From Styela clava (taxonomy: Eukaryota), in NCBI RefSeq assembly GCF_964204865.1, contig NC_135260.1:11656001-11720000 (forward strand): 64,000 nt of DNA, read 5' to 3'. Below, piece by piece: positions 13,051 through 24,900 of this stretch. A program made the translations under genes and the position numbers. Under the pieces are notes generated by a model. It ran no database searches, was not told the DNA's origin, and saw nothing but the letters and a program-made list of their open reading frames with translations. How positions within the stretch are numbered: the first letter of the stretch is position 1; every line of letters begins with the position of its first letter.

Positions 13051-14880
13051 ATGAAGATATTTTTGATTATGTCAATAGTGACTTTGTTTTGCACAACATC
13101 ATCTGCGGCACCACAGCAGGGCAAATTTGTTAAAACATTAACATTAGGGATTGTTGAGATTCAACCATTTATGAAAACTTTATACAAAGATTCCACCATT
13201 AAAATCACAATAAATAGTAAAAAATGTAATCCCAGTGATGCTGAATTAAAAATAGCATGGACTGCTCGTAGTACATCGTGTTTTGAAGAATACAGCTATG
13301 ATATGCCAAGTGAACGACTCCAAAACTATCTTGAGCATCCAGAAAAGAATCAGGTGGAGGGTGCAAGTGGAGAATATCAAAGTAATATCGGTGAAACCTT
13401 CAAATGTGATGCTACCATGATTTTAAGTGACTCTAGTAAGAGAGATTGGAAGAAATTCCCCATAAAGCACACCAATATATCAGCAACGACCGCACCTGCG
13501 AAGAAGACAAAAAGAGAAGTTGCAGATCAAGATTCAACATCACAAGATGATACCAAGACTGGTGAAGCAAAAGGAAAAGAGGACTCTCAACCTAAGGACC
13601 CTAAAATTGAGGAATCCCAGAAACCCCCAAATTTGGAGACACCCAAGAATCCAAATCCAAAGCCTGAAGCAACGGAAACAACCACAACAAAACCGTCAAC
13701 ATCAACTAAGTCACCTGAAAAACATGTTGTTACAACAGTACAAATCGTAGCCCCTTATTTATTGGTTGTTGAGATTGCACCGTCGAAACCCGGTAATACT
13801 TCAAGAGGCACCATCGAAATAACCGTTGAAATGAAATCACCAAAAGGATACCTGTCTGCTCATGAATATCCCCTCCTCACATTTTATATGATAATGTGCA
13901 TTATTTACTCCTTTTATGCGGCTGCTTGGCTTGTCATGTCAGCTTGCAACTTCCGTGACTTACTAAGGGTGCAGTTCTGGATTGGTGGAGTGATATTGCT
14001 TGGAATGATTGAAAAAGCCGTATTCTATTCAGAGTATCATAGTGTAAATACAACAGGAGAATCTGTAATTGGTGCAGCCAAGTTTGCCGAAGTTGTGTCC
14101 GCAATGAAAAGAGCTCTTGCTAGGATGCTAGTTATCATTGTGAGTCTTGGTTTTGGAATCGTCAAGCCCAGGTTGGGACCAATGCTACATCGTGTTATTG
14201 GTGTGGGAGTTCTTTTCTTCATTTTGGCGGTAATAGAAGCTTTGGTACGCACTGACTCTTTAAGCCATGATCCTACTAGTGGAAATTTGCTGTTTGCTCA
14301 AATTCCTCTAGCTGTCATAGATTCAGTCATTTGTTGGTGGATATTTATGAGTCTGATGCAAACAATGAAAACTCTTCGCCTTAGACGAAATGTGGTGAAG
14401 CTTTCCTTATACCGCCATTTCTCTAATACGATTATATTTTGTGTGATTGCTTCATTAATCATGATTTTCTATTCTGCTCGGTATAGAGATGAGTGTGTCA
14501 CTGGCTGGCAAGATGTTTGGATATACGACGCATTTTGGCATATTCTTTTTTCCGTCATACTACTCGTGATCATGGTGTTATGGAGACCCAATATTAACAA
14601 TCAAAGGTATGCGTTCTCTCCTCTTATTGATGGAGAAGATGATGATGAAGGTGAAGCGGGAGAACCAATGTTGGGTGGTGGGGCAACTGAAACTGTTAAA
14701 ATGCGAGGATTAAAAAATGCAGCTGATCCAGCTCACAATCCGAATACAAAAGCAGAAGATGATCTGAAATGGATTGAGGAAAATATACCACAAACTGTAG
14801 CTGATGCTGCACTTCCTGCTATTATGGATTCTGATGAAGAAGTGATGACGACCAAGTATGAAATGAGTAAGATGGAATAA
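13051..14880 (+). CDS. TMEM87A: TMEM87A/B-family GOST protein (signal peptide, luminal GOLD-like domain, Lung_7-TM_R 7TM domain); single coding exon, 609 aa
   Basis: Motifs GYLSAHEYPLLTFYMIMC, RDLLRVQFWIGGVILLGMIEKAVFYSEY, IIVSLGFGIVKPRLG, LRLRRNVVKLSLYRHFSNT, LWRPNINNQRYAFSPL, EDDLKWIEENIP and C-terminal MSKME. A versus B cannot be assigned (probably a pro-ortholog). A likely 5'UTR splice acceptor (aacag) ends at 13011. Confidence 0.93.
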   Translation: MKIFLIMSIVTLFCTTSSAAPQQGKFVKTLTLGIVEIQPFMKTLYKDSTIKITINSKKCNPSDAELKIAWTARSTSCFEEYSYDMPSERLQNYLEHPEKNQVEGASGEYQSNIGETFKCDATMILSDSSKRDWKKFPIKHTNISATTAPAKKTKREVADQDSTSQDDTKTGEAKGKEDSQPKDPKIEESQKPPNLETPKNPNPKPEATETTTTKPSTSTKSPEKHVVTTVQIVAPYLLVVEIAPSKPGNTSRGTIEITVEMKSPKGYLSAHEYPLLTFYMIMCIIYSFYAAAWLVMSACNFRDLLRVQFWIGGVILLGMIEKAVFYSEYHSVNTTGESVIGAAKFAEVVSAMKRALARMLVIIVSLGFGIVKPRLGPMLHRVIGVGVLFFILAVIEALVRTDSLSHDPTSGNLLFAQIPLAVIDSVICWWIFMSLMQTMKTLRLRRNVVKLSLYRHFSNTIIFCVIASLIMIFYSARYRDECVTGWQDVWIYDAFWHILFSVILLVIMVLWRPNINNQRYAFSPLIDGEDDDEGEAGEPMLGGGATETVKMRGLKNAADPAHNPNTKAEDDLKWIEENIPQTVADAALPAIMDSDEEVMTTKYEMSKME

Positions 14881-16553
14881 AGTATCCTATCTTTCTGACG
14901 ATTTGTCACACAACCTTGATTCGCATGATGTCATGAAAATACTGTGTGTTTTTTACAAATCATCATTGCAGTCTTGGTATTTACACACCTCGCTTGAATG
15001 TTTCCTAACTGTGCTCTAAGCAAACTTAAAGCTTATTAATTTCAAGTTGCTGCTGAACGGTTATAAAAGAACATAAATCAGTGAAATATAATAAAACTAT
15101 TATTCACAGAATATGTATGTAGGAGGCACTCATAATGTCGTTTTTTCCAGTGCCTTTGCTCATTGTCAAATTCTATGCTGTATTTAATCTAAATAAGAGC
15201 AGGAATTCTGGAATTTTACGGTACAAAAATAAGCGATTTTTTCCGCTATGGTTTGTTACATCTCTTAGCTATGGAATTTTTCCTACTTGGTTCTATTAAC
15301 ATGTAGCAGCCGCAGCAGCAGTATATCTGTTAAAGTTTAGCTGTGTGGCTTCTAAAGTTCCACAAAAAAGTCAATGCACGTGTAACAAAATATAAGAACT
15401 TTTTTCAATGCCATGCAATGTGCTTGCATCCTCTATGTATAATTACCAATATTATCAAACATATATATATATTTAGATTATTTTTCTTCTGTGTTTTACA
15501 TGCTAATTTAGTTTGGGCTAACTCTGTCCAATTCACTTCTTAATTCTATTAGATGGTGTACTATTTGGCAACCATAGTTTGTATAAAAACATAATTGTGC
15601 AACAAACTTTTACATAGAATCTACCTGCTTGCTTTTGAAGATAATAATTTGATCTATCAGAACTCAGAAGGGACCCCCATTATTTTTATTTATTGCCTTG
15701 CTATTCATTGATAGGTAAGATCATTTTGACTAGGGAAAACATGACATAATCCCCAGGAATGATTGTGGTTTTACTGCATTATAAATATGTTATGGAATTT
15801 ACTTTGTTTTCCGCATTTATAAAATAAAAATGGTGAATTTGAACGAGTTCTGCTGTTGGTGAAAAAAATTTGATTCAAGTCATGTCGGATGCACCTGAAA
15901 CAAACGAATGGCCAACTATTTCCATACCTGACATGGACTGTAACCAAATGAGAGGCTGTGGCCTTATGATTAGGCTGTCTCCTCTCCCCCGGGAATAATT
16001 GGGAAAATACTGTCCTAAAACTGCATGCACCGTTATAAACAAGTTATTATTTGTCTTTCATTTTTTGTTATTTAAAAATAAATTTGTTGCCCATAGTGTA
16101 TCACAATTTTCTCAATGTCTTTTTTCAACTTTTTCACATATCCTACATTGATGGTTCCCAAATAAGGTATTGAATTATAACGAATCCACCATACACCTGA
16201 TGGATTTTCCCTTTTTTATTTCAGTCATGGATAAATTACACACCAATTTCCGAGATGTTACTTACTTGGTTAAATCTGCACAATCTGCGGGGTGAATCCG
16301 TAGACACAAATGAGTGTTACAGTTGATTATCTTCATATTTATATAAACACAACTAGGTGAGCCATTGGAGTTATCTTTAGCGCATGGTTTTCACTTTGAG
16401 GTTAAGATGGTTTTGTATCACTATTTTGAAGAGAAGCTCTATCAACTGTAGTCACATAATTAAAGTCGACGTATAATCTGACGCATTTATGTATCTTTGA
16501 ATTTCATATTACTTGGAGATCCGGGTTGTAGTTGATGATACTCCGGGATACGA

Positions 16554-16905
16554 CAGGGGGCCAACACGTCGCCATGTCTCTAGCAGTCGATCGCGTCTAA
16601 GGTTGAGTGAAATGAATAACACAAAAATCACCGCAAAATATTACCTTCAGGCAGTATTATGCAGCGCCTGCTGTGTGTCTTAATACAGTGAATCCGACTG
16701 TGCACTCGCAAAGTACGTCATACACTTACAGCATGCAAGTCTGTTGGAGCATATTTTTGCGTAACAAATGCAAGTTTCGCCGCTGACAAAGCTTAGAAAG
16801 AACTGCCGAATAATATATGCCTTTCAAAAGGTATTGTCTCCCTCCAAGGGCAGAGTGATAAATTTTATTCGTAACGGTATCAGTTCGCGATCGACTCCCC
16901 CTTTC
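16554..16905. mobile_element. Degraded hAT-type MITE
   Basis: CAGGGGGCCAAC start, with an inverted subterminal motif GTCGATCGCG / CGCGATCGAC; ends are approximate. Confidence 0.4.
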
Positions 16906-18009
16906 TGAAATTTTTGGAAGAATGAAGGGATCGAAAATAACGCGTGCGTTTGCATTTCGTTAAAATCACCGATTGTTTTCTTCAGCGTGACGTGTCATTA
17001 ATTCAGATTCAGTCATTAAATCCTTAAACACCTTTACGTCGGCGTTTATTCCACCTAAGTCACAAATTTTCCCGAGTCTTGACGATATTAACTTTTTTTG
17101 GACGGAACTGTGAAACCAGTGAGAAAGACGAGTTATTATATAAACATAGGCGACGAAATGCTAAAAATAAATAAAGGAGTTAGTTTTAATTTGGGAGCCC
17201 CACGACAGATTACAAATAATATTTTAGAGATTGTAACTTTCGTGTGCCAACGGCATACTTTTTGATTGGTTAGCTTTCGAAACAATACAGTAACTGTAAA
17301 TTAAAACAGTCAATTGTGAACGCAATGTACTTCTGATCAATTCTAAAATAACCTTATACAAATAAGTGTAAAGTAAATTCGATCAATTTTTCATTATACC
17401 AAAATAAATGTTATTGCATAACCCGCATAGGGTAATCGGAGACGCCAAGGCAAGCGTATTCTAGCTAAAGAGGTTTCGACACCAGCCATTTTTCGGTGTC
17501 GTCTGGACGTAAAACGATATTTCCGATATATTTTGCCTTTCGATGTTATCTAAAATGTTTTAAAATATAGTGATATATATGGGTTAATATACGTGTGTTA
17601 AAAACTATTTTTTGCGTGGAGGGATCATGTTCGTGGTATCTGCCTCGTTAACTCTGAGCCATGCTTGTCCCTACTCCCGCGAGTAGACACAGGATCAGAA
17701 TTCTGACCTGTGTTTAGCTATTGCCAGTTTTAATATTATACGCAGAAATATATCAATCGAATATTGGTGGTTTTCCAAAGTACATGATATTGGCACAAAA
17801 CCCTGCGCACGCAACTCTATGTGTCTGTTTGATAGTTGGAGCTAAACCCTCCATGGCATCCAAACCGATATGAGTTTTCTAATCGAACACGAGACATCTG
17901 AATCTGCACTTAAATTAATAATTACAATAATTTTTTTTTAAAGTATTTTTCGTTGGAACTAATCGGTAACGGCGACAAAAATGGTGTGGGTACATCACTA
18001 TTCTTAACG

Positions 18010-18190
18010 CGTAGCCTGATGCGCCAACAGCCGAGGCCTGGTCACCGAGTCGGGCATGGGAAACAACAATTACCCAATTATTCGTTTTGGATACACGAAC
18101 TTAGTGGTAGAGGAGGTAAGCGGCTTCCTAATCCAACGTACGGCGGCGGGTTGATCTGCAATCCTATCGAATTATGCAATGCGACATTGC
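18010..18190 (-). mobile_element. Diverged copy of the tRNA-derived SINE
   Basis: Collinear similarity to 19290-19440 (gagtcgggcatgggaa, acttagtggtagaggag, acggcggcgg..gcaatcct). Confidence 0.5.
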
Positions 18191-19211
18191 AGCAAGTGAT
18201 GCCTCAGCGGTTGTGTTTCTGAATGATGTCTACTGTTATTAACACGTGAAAGAAAAGTTTGGTTGCGTCAAATCGGGACGATCACGTAAGATGCAAATAG
18301 AATATTGCATGTTTCAGTTACTGAATAAGGGTTGACAATCTGAGGAAACTTTGCGAGCGAATACAGTAAAATGGACCACATTCGAACAACACGCCCTTCA
18401 CGCCTTATATAAATATGACTTCTTAGTATTGAACTAGTACATTGTTACTGAGAAAAATCGAATATCTCGATCACAATCAGAAGCATAAGTTTTTTTCTTG
18501 ATAAATTAATATTATCGATGACTAACGATGAGGTCGAGTTAAATAGCCAGGTAACCGCTTGAAATAGAAAGTCAACGTTGTGGGGTATGTGGCGCTCGCT
18601 ATTCTAATCAAAGCCTATCTAGTATTCCTTCCTTCTCAGAGGTGCAGTTGGTTTGTTGTTGGTTACCAAAGTGCTGTGTGTCGAAAGTCCCAATTTCGAG
18701 TACCGGTACTAAACTACTCAACTACTGGCAGACGGGACTTGAAGTAATAGGAATAATATGGTGAATATTAACTCCTGAATTTAGTATCCCAGATAAGTTA
18801 GTTAAAAGACTGAAAGACTAATGCAAGTTGAAAGAACTGAAGAATGGTGAATATGAATTGTTAACATTCAGTTCAGACGTTAATCGCATAAGTCTGATAA
18901 GTGCTGAAGTATAATAAGACTGTGACTGTTAAAACAGCAATGCAAAACGAATTGACAAATTGGTGTATTTATTTATATTGGATTATCGGTATACCGGTAC
19001 TACTTTTATTGCAATATTATGTCATGTATGTACGGTATCCAATTTATTACAGTAAGTTTTGTATTAGTCGATATACAGATATAATAATACAATATAGATA
19101 GATAGTTATTTTGAAAACTCCACAATCTGACAATACAAACATATAAAGATGGAGAATTCTGAAGAGCGAGCAAAATCTTTAACAGTTTAAAAAAGTTTAA
19201 AACAGGATGAG

Positions 19212-19528
19212 TAGGATAGGATAGGATTTACATATTTATCCCAGGGGAGAGAAAAGCCGATAAGATGGCTTATCCATATGGCGAACCACGGCCTCTCATC
19301 CGGTTACCATTCCAAGTCGGGTATGGGATTAGCTATATTGTTTGTTTTCGGAAGCATGGACTTGATGATGGAGGAAGCCGTAACCGACCAGCGGTTACGT
19401 GAACCACCCAACGACGGCGAGGAGTCCAGCAATCCTCTCTCACATAACCATCCCTGCATGGGATTCGAACCTGGAGGTGCGGTGGCCAGCGAATTCCTAA
19501 CGCTTAGCCCGTTGAGCCACACCGCCGC
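19212..19528 (-). mobile_element. Full-length tRNA-derived SINE (best-preserved copy)
   Basis: On the minus strand: A box TGGCTCAACGG (19509-19519), B box GGTTCGAATCC (19461-19471), a central body, and a 3' end GGGATAAATATGTAAAT(CCTAT)n. Several other copies occur in the window. Confidence 0.9.
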
Positions 19529-20254
19529 GCGTATCATGTGCCCACTCACCAACAACACGCATTCACAAAAAAAACACAAACTTTGTTAAACAAGGCTTGG
19601 GCCAGAAATAACACACAAAAAATACGCGAATGTAATAAAATTTCGGGCTGTTGTATACTTTTAAAATACTCAAGCTAATAAGGACCAATTCAATCCCATA
19701 CCAAGACAACATGTGTAGGTGTAATGTAATGTGATAATCCAATATTCCATCGATCCAAGTGTTTTCAGGTTTCAGTATTTTGCAAAAAACTTCGAGTCGT
19801 AAAAAGATATGTGAAACTTAGACATGAGTGAGCATTTTTAGATTTGAAAGTTTAATTAACTTAACCACTCCACTCTTACATCCGGTTTTTCAAGGATTTG
19901 TTTAACTTTATTTTTAACACAAGGTATGAGTGCCATATTGCTGCTTGAAGGTTGTTTTGAGTATATCCTCGTTTTTATGAATTATTCAAAACACAGTACC
20001 ATTAACTTTTAAAGTTGAAACTGACATGATTCAGTATTTAATATATTTATTTCGTTTGTGGTAATTTTGATGCAATATTCTTGATCTCTTTCTAACACTG
20101 CTCACAATATCTTTTTAAGAAAAACACATACACTGTCATACACAGGTTAGAACCATACTTCTAAAATTGATCCTAATTGAGAGTGAAAAAGTAGAAAAAA
20201 GTAGAAAAATAAAAATTGCTTAAGTAAGGGCAGAATGTTTTTACTTTATCGAAA

Positions 20255-20630
20255 AAGGAGTGGGAGTGGTGACTCCTCTGCGGCCCATGGGACGGGGCCA
20301 CGGCCCATCAAGTTGTGTAAAGAAACTATTCACTTGGCTAACACAGACAGTCCCCGAACTCATAATAGAACTATAATGTAAAAAATCTGAATTTTTTTTG
20401 TCCTAACCCTAACCTGGTACACATACTACAGGAGTATATTTTTTTGGTTTGAATATTGACAATTTGGTAAAAATTGAAAATTTTGTTAAGATAATTGAAT
20501 TTTTCCTGATGGGGCCGTGGCCCATCAAGCTATGGGCCACGGCTCATGTGGCCCAATTAGATGGGTCGTGGCCCCGGCCCATGGGCCGTAGAGGAGTCAC
20601 CACTCCTGTAGCGAAAAAGTACCACTCCTT
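20255..20630. mobile_element. MITE with ~45-bp GC-rich TIRs and an internal CCTAACCCTAACCTGGTACACA module
   Basis: GGAGTGGTGACTCCTCTGCGGCCCATGGGACGGGGCCACGGCCCATC (from 20263) is inverted at the end, ...GATGGGTCGTGGCCCCGGCCCATGGGCCGTAGAGGAGTCACCACTCC (to 20606). Confidence 0.8.
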
Positions 20631-20784
20631 ACCAGTAGGGCGCAGTTTTCAAATTCCGAGAATGTCCCGTCATTTGGTTAAATAAAACAAACACTTCATG
20701 TGTCTCACAAACAAGGGTCGTCTGGCACAACGACGGATGCGTCATATTGCACCATACTTGTCTAGTCTAGATAATACTCTAAAT

Positions 20785-21588
20785 CAGTGGTTCCCAAACT
20801 TTTTAAAGTTGCGACCCACTATTTATTACCACAGCTTATGGCGACCCATTTAACTATTTATGACATAACACAGAACACAGCAATGGCTAATCAGCGTAAA
20901 ATTACCATGTTTCCTCGAAAATAAGACATTGCCTGAAAATAAGACCTAATTTGAATTTCAAAATTGATTTTAATTAAACCCTACCCTTAAAATAAATTTA
21001 AAATGTGTGGGAGAGGAAAGGTTCAATGACCTGAGGTAATGTGAAGATCACACCACTATTCAAGATTGTGTAATGTCACAATCACAATTATGATATTTGT
21101 CATTGATTTTTGTATAGGAAATACAAATAAAAACAATGGACGTTGTTTTTTATAAACTGTTTATTAAAAAATCTTGGGATTTTTTACAATGTAATTTTAT
21201 TTTTGATAAATGAAATCAGAAGATCTCCAAAAAAAAACCATAGTGTTATTCTTCAAAAGAAAATGAATCTAAATCCTGTCTAAATTTCAGGGAACGCGGT
21301 AGGAAGTGCTGTACAGTGTACAAAACTGCTATGCGTGAGAAAGCCACATGGTCATTCTTTGTGTAGCAAATTTTTGTTCCTTTGAGAAGATCGTAAAAAG
21401 AAAAGTTTGACAGATTAAAATTTAAGTTCAATTTAATTTTTTTTTTTTTTGAAGATTTACGTATTCAAGTCGCCACCGATCCTAATAACCAGTATGATTG
21501 ATCAAAGCTTTCTACATCTTTTCACGACCCACTAAGTTCCCTTTTGCGATTCACCAGTGGGTCGCGACCCATAGTTTGGGAACCGCTG
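20785..21588 (+). mobile_element. hAT MITE (804 bp) just upstream of IFT172; a second copy lies at 36112-36749
   Basis: TIRs CAGTGGTTCCCAAAC/GTTTGGGAACCGCTG, subterminal GCGACCC motifs, perfect TSD ctctaaat (20777-20784, 21589-21596). Confidence 0.92.
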
Positions 21589-21947
21589 CTCTAAATTAAT
21601 CGCGGCCATCATGTGAACAAAATTTTCCTTCTGTAAACCGGAATATTTTTCGGATGAATTCAATGATGATGTTTTTAGATTGCGCTTTTTTGTTTACTAC
21701 GCAACTTCATTTTACTGTATTTTTATCGATATTGAGGGACAACAATGTCCATACGTCCCCAAAAGGAGGGGTGTCTGTTCATCAGCAAAGGGCATTCTCT
21801 GAAACAAGACAATGTCGCTCAATTTGAAAAGTGTGCCGTACTGTGTGCCCCAGGTGCCATGTTTAAAAATATATTATATTTAGCCATAAAATTCTTTATA
21901 ATTTCCTTTTTTTTTTATATAAAAGTATTTTCTAAAATAGTATTAAA

Positions 21948-24900
21948 ATGCAGTTGAAGCATTTAAAACCATTACTTAATGCGCAAGTTGGGGCAGCTAA
22001 AATATGTTGTATGGCATGGGCTCCTAATAATGCTAAACTAGCAGTTTGTACTGTGGATCGTGTCATTCTTTTGTATGATGAAAACGGAGAAAGAAGAGAC
22101 AAATTCTCCACGAAGCCCTTAGATTCAAAATATGGAAAAAAGAGTTATGTTGTAAAAGGAATCGCATTCTCACCATGCTCAAGTAAACTTGCAGTCGGTC
22201 AAACTGATAACATCATCTATGTGTATAAGATCGGAGATGAATGGGGCGATAAAAAAGTTATTTGCAATAAATTCGTTCAAACAAGTTCTGTTACTTGTCT
22301 CATTTGGCCGATGGATAATGCTATCGTTTTTGGCTTGTCAGAAGGTAAAGTTCGACTTGCTAACACCAGAAATAATAAGTCGTCAACCATTTATGGAATG
22401 GAATCCTACACTGTGTCTGTTTGTTGTAATACATCAGGAAAAGGTATAATATCTGGTCATGCAGATGGTACCATTGTTCGTTATTTCTTTGATGATGAAG
22501 GTTCTGGAGAGTCTCAAGGAAAGATAATCACCCATCCTTGCCCCCCATATGCCCTAGCTTGGGGTACAAATTCAATTGTTGCTGCCGGGTGCGATAGAAG
22601 AGTCATTGTTTATGGCAAAGATGCTCGTGTGATTCAAAATTTTGATTATTCCAGAGACACAACTGAAAAGGAATTCACTGTGGCTTCAACGAGTCCAAGT
22701 GGACAGAGTGTCATCTTCGGAAGCTATAATAGGTGAGATATTTTCTGTATTAATATATGTGCAATTATAATGGCAAATATTTTTCCGATGTATGATTGTA
22801 GGATAGTATTTTTTTCACTGACATTTTTTTACAGTGCATTGTGGACTCATTCACAACTTGTTCTCGGAATGGCGTGATAATTAGCGAATCTTATTTATTG
22901 TAACTATAAGTTCTGGATGGTTTTCTTAAATTATGGAACCTGTTGTTATGATTTCAATACAAAATTTTAAATCTGATCACTGCCTATAATGATATAGCGT
23001 TTCTCTCTTTTTTATCATTATCATTTTCTTATCATTTTAATTTTTTATTGTGTTTATTTGCAGATTACGAGTATACAATTGGAGTCCAAGAAGAGCAGCG
23101 TGGGATGAGGGAAAACAGAAAGATATTGAGAATCTTTATACGATTACTGCACTTGCTTGGAAAAAAGATGGATCGAAAGTTTGTGCTGGCACGCTGTGTG
23201 GAGGAGTTGAATTATTTGATTGCTGTTTGAAGAGAACAATAGTTCGGAATAAGTTTGAAATAACATACGTTGGATTATCGCAAGTTGTCATCAGAAATTT
23301 AACTTCAGGAACAAGGGTGGTTTTGAAATCTCACTTTGGCTACGAAGTTGAGGATGTGAAAATTCTTGGCAATGACAGGTATATTGTGGCTCATACTTCT
23401 GACACATTACTCCTTGGTGATTTGTTGGAAAATAAGCTGTCTGAGGTATCTTGGCAAGGAACAGGTGGTAACGAGAAGTTTTTCTTTGAAAATGAAAATT
23501 GTTGTATGATTTTTAATGCTGGTGAATTGTCTATTGTTGAATATGGTAGTAACGTAGTTCTTGGATCTGTCAGAACTGAATTCATGAATCCACATCTTGT
23601 TAGTGTTCGATTAAATGAAAGAAGGCCAACGAAAGGAAGGGGTGAAGCAGACAACAAGAAAATGGCTTATCTTGCAGATGCAAAAACAGTCACTGTGTTG
23701 GATTTATTGACTGGCTTTAATGTGGCAACGATTCATCACAGCTCAAAATTGGATTGGTTTGAACTAAACGAAACCGCTCGAAAACTTGTCTTCAGAGACA
23801 AAAGGCTTGGTCTTCATCTTTTCGATTTAGAAAGCGAAGCAAAAACTACACTTCTCAATTACTGTTCGTATGTCCAATGGGTACCTCAAAGCGATGTACT
23901 TATTGGACAAAATCGAGGAAATCTCTGTGTTTGGTATAACATTGATACACCGGAAAAGCTGAGCATGATTCCTATCAAAGGTGACATCGTAGATATGGAA
24001 AGAGATGAAGGCAGCACTATTGTTCTAGTTCAAGAGGGGGTAAATACAATAACATATCCTTTGGACGAGGGACAAATTGAATTTGGTACTGCAATCGACG
24101 ATGGAGATTATGGAAGAGCGATTGCTTACATCGAATCTCTCCCTCCATCCCCAGAAACTGAAGCTATGTGGAGAACATTAAGTAAGCTTGCCTTGGAGGG
24201 AAAACATCTATATATTGCTGAAAGATGTTATGCTGCTCTAGGGAATGTGACAAAAACAAGATATCTGAGAGAAATCAATAAAATGATAGATCGTTATGAA
24301 GCAGAAACAGAAAATAATGGTCTTACCTATTTTCCGGTGCAAGCCAAGCTTGCTATACTGAACAAACAATACAAAACGGCAGAACAAATCTATCTTGAAA
24401 ATGGAGCAGTGGAAGAATGCATTCAGTTTTATAAAAGTATACAAATGTGGAATGAAGCTATCGCTGTTGCAGAAGCCAAAGGTCATCCTGACCTCGACAA
24501 TTTACGTCAAGAATATTATAAATGGTTGCTCGATACTAATCAAGATGAGGCAGCAGGGGGTTTGAAAGAAAAGCAAGGGGACTGGAACGCGGCAATTTCT
24601 TTATATATGAAAGCGGGTCTGCCAGCGAGAGCAGCAAGATTGGCTTATTCAAGATCAGATTTGATGTCGAATCGAAGCTTAATGGAACAAATTGCTTCTG
24701 CGTTGTTGAAGTATGACCTACATGAACAAGCAGGAGAGCTTTTTGAAAAAACGGCAAATAATCAAAGAGCACTGGAATGCTACAGAAAAGGCAATGCGTA
24801 CAGAAAAGCAGTCGAACTTGCGCGACACTCGTTTCCCTCTGATGTGGTTCGTCTTGAGGAGGAATGGGGAGATCATCTTTCATCTCAAAAACAACTCGAT

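Noticed and set aside
15890-16340. Possible spliced minus-strand mini-gene (MKIINCNTHLCLRIHP...|gtaagt)
   Set aside because: Short, with no homology or supporting context. Such splice-like signals are expected by chance.
19278-19589. 103-aa and 91-aa ORFs, and a possible tRNA gene
   Set aside because: These overlap the SINE. A and B boxes are present, but no complete cloverleaf or terminator follows and the sequence continues into the SINE body.
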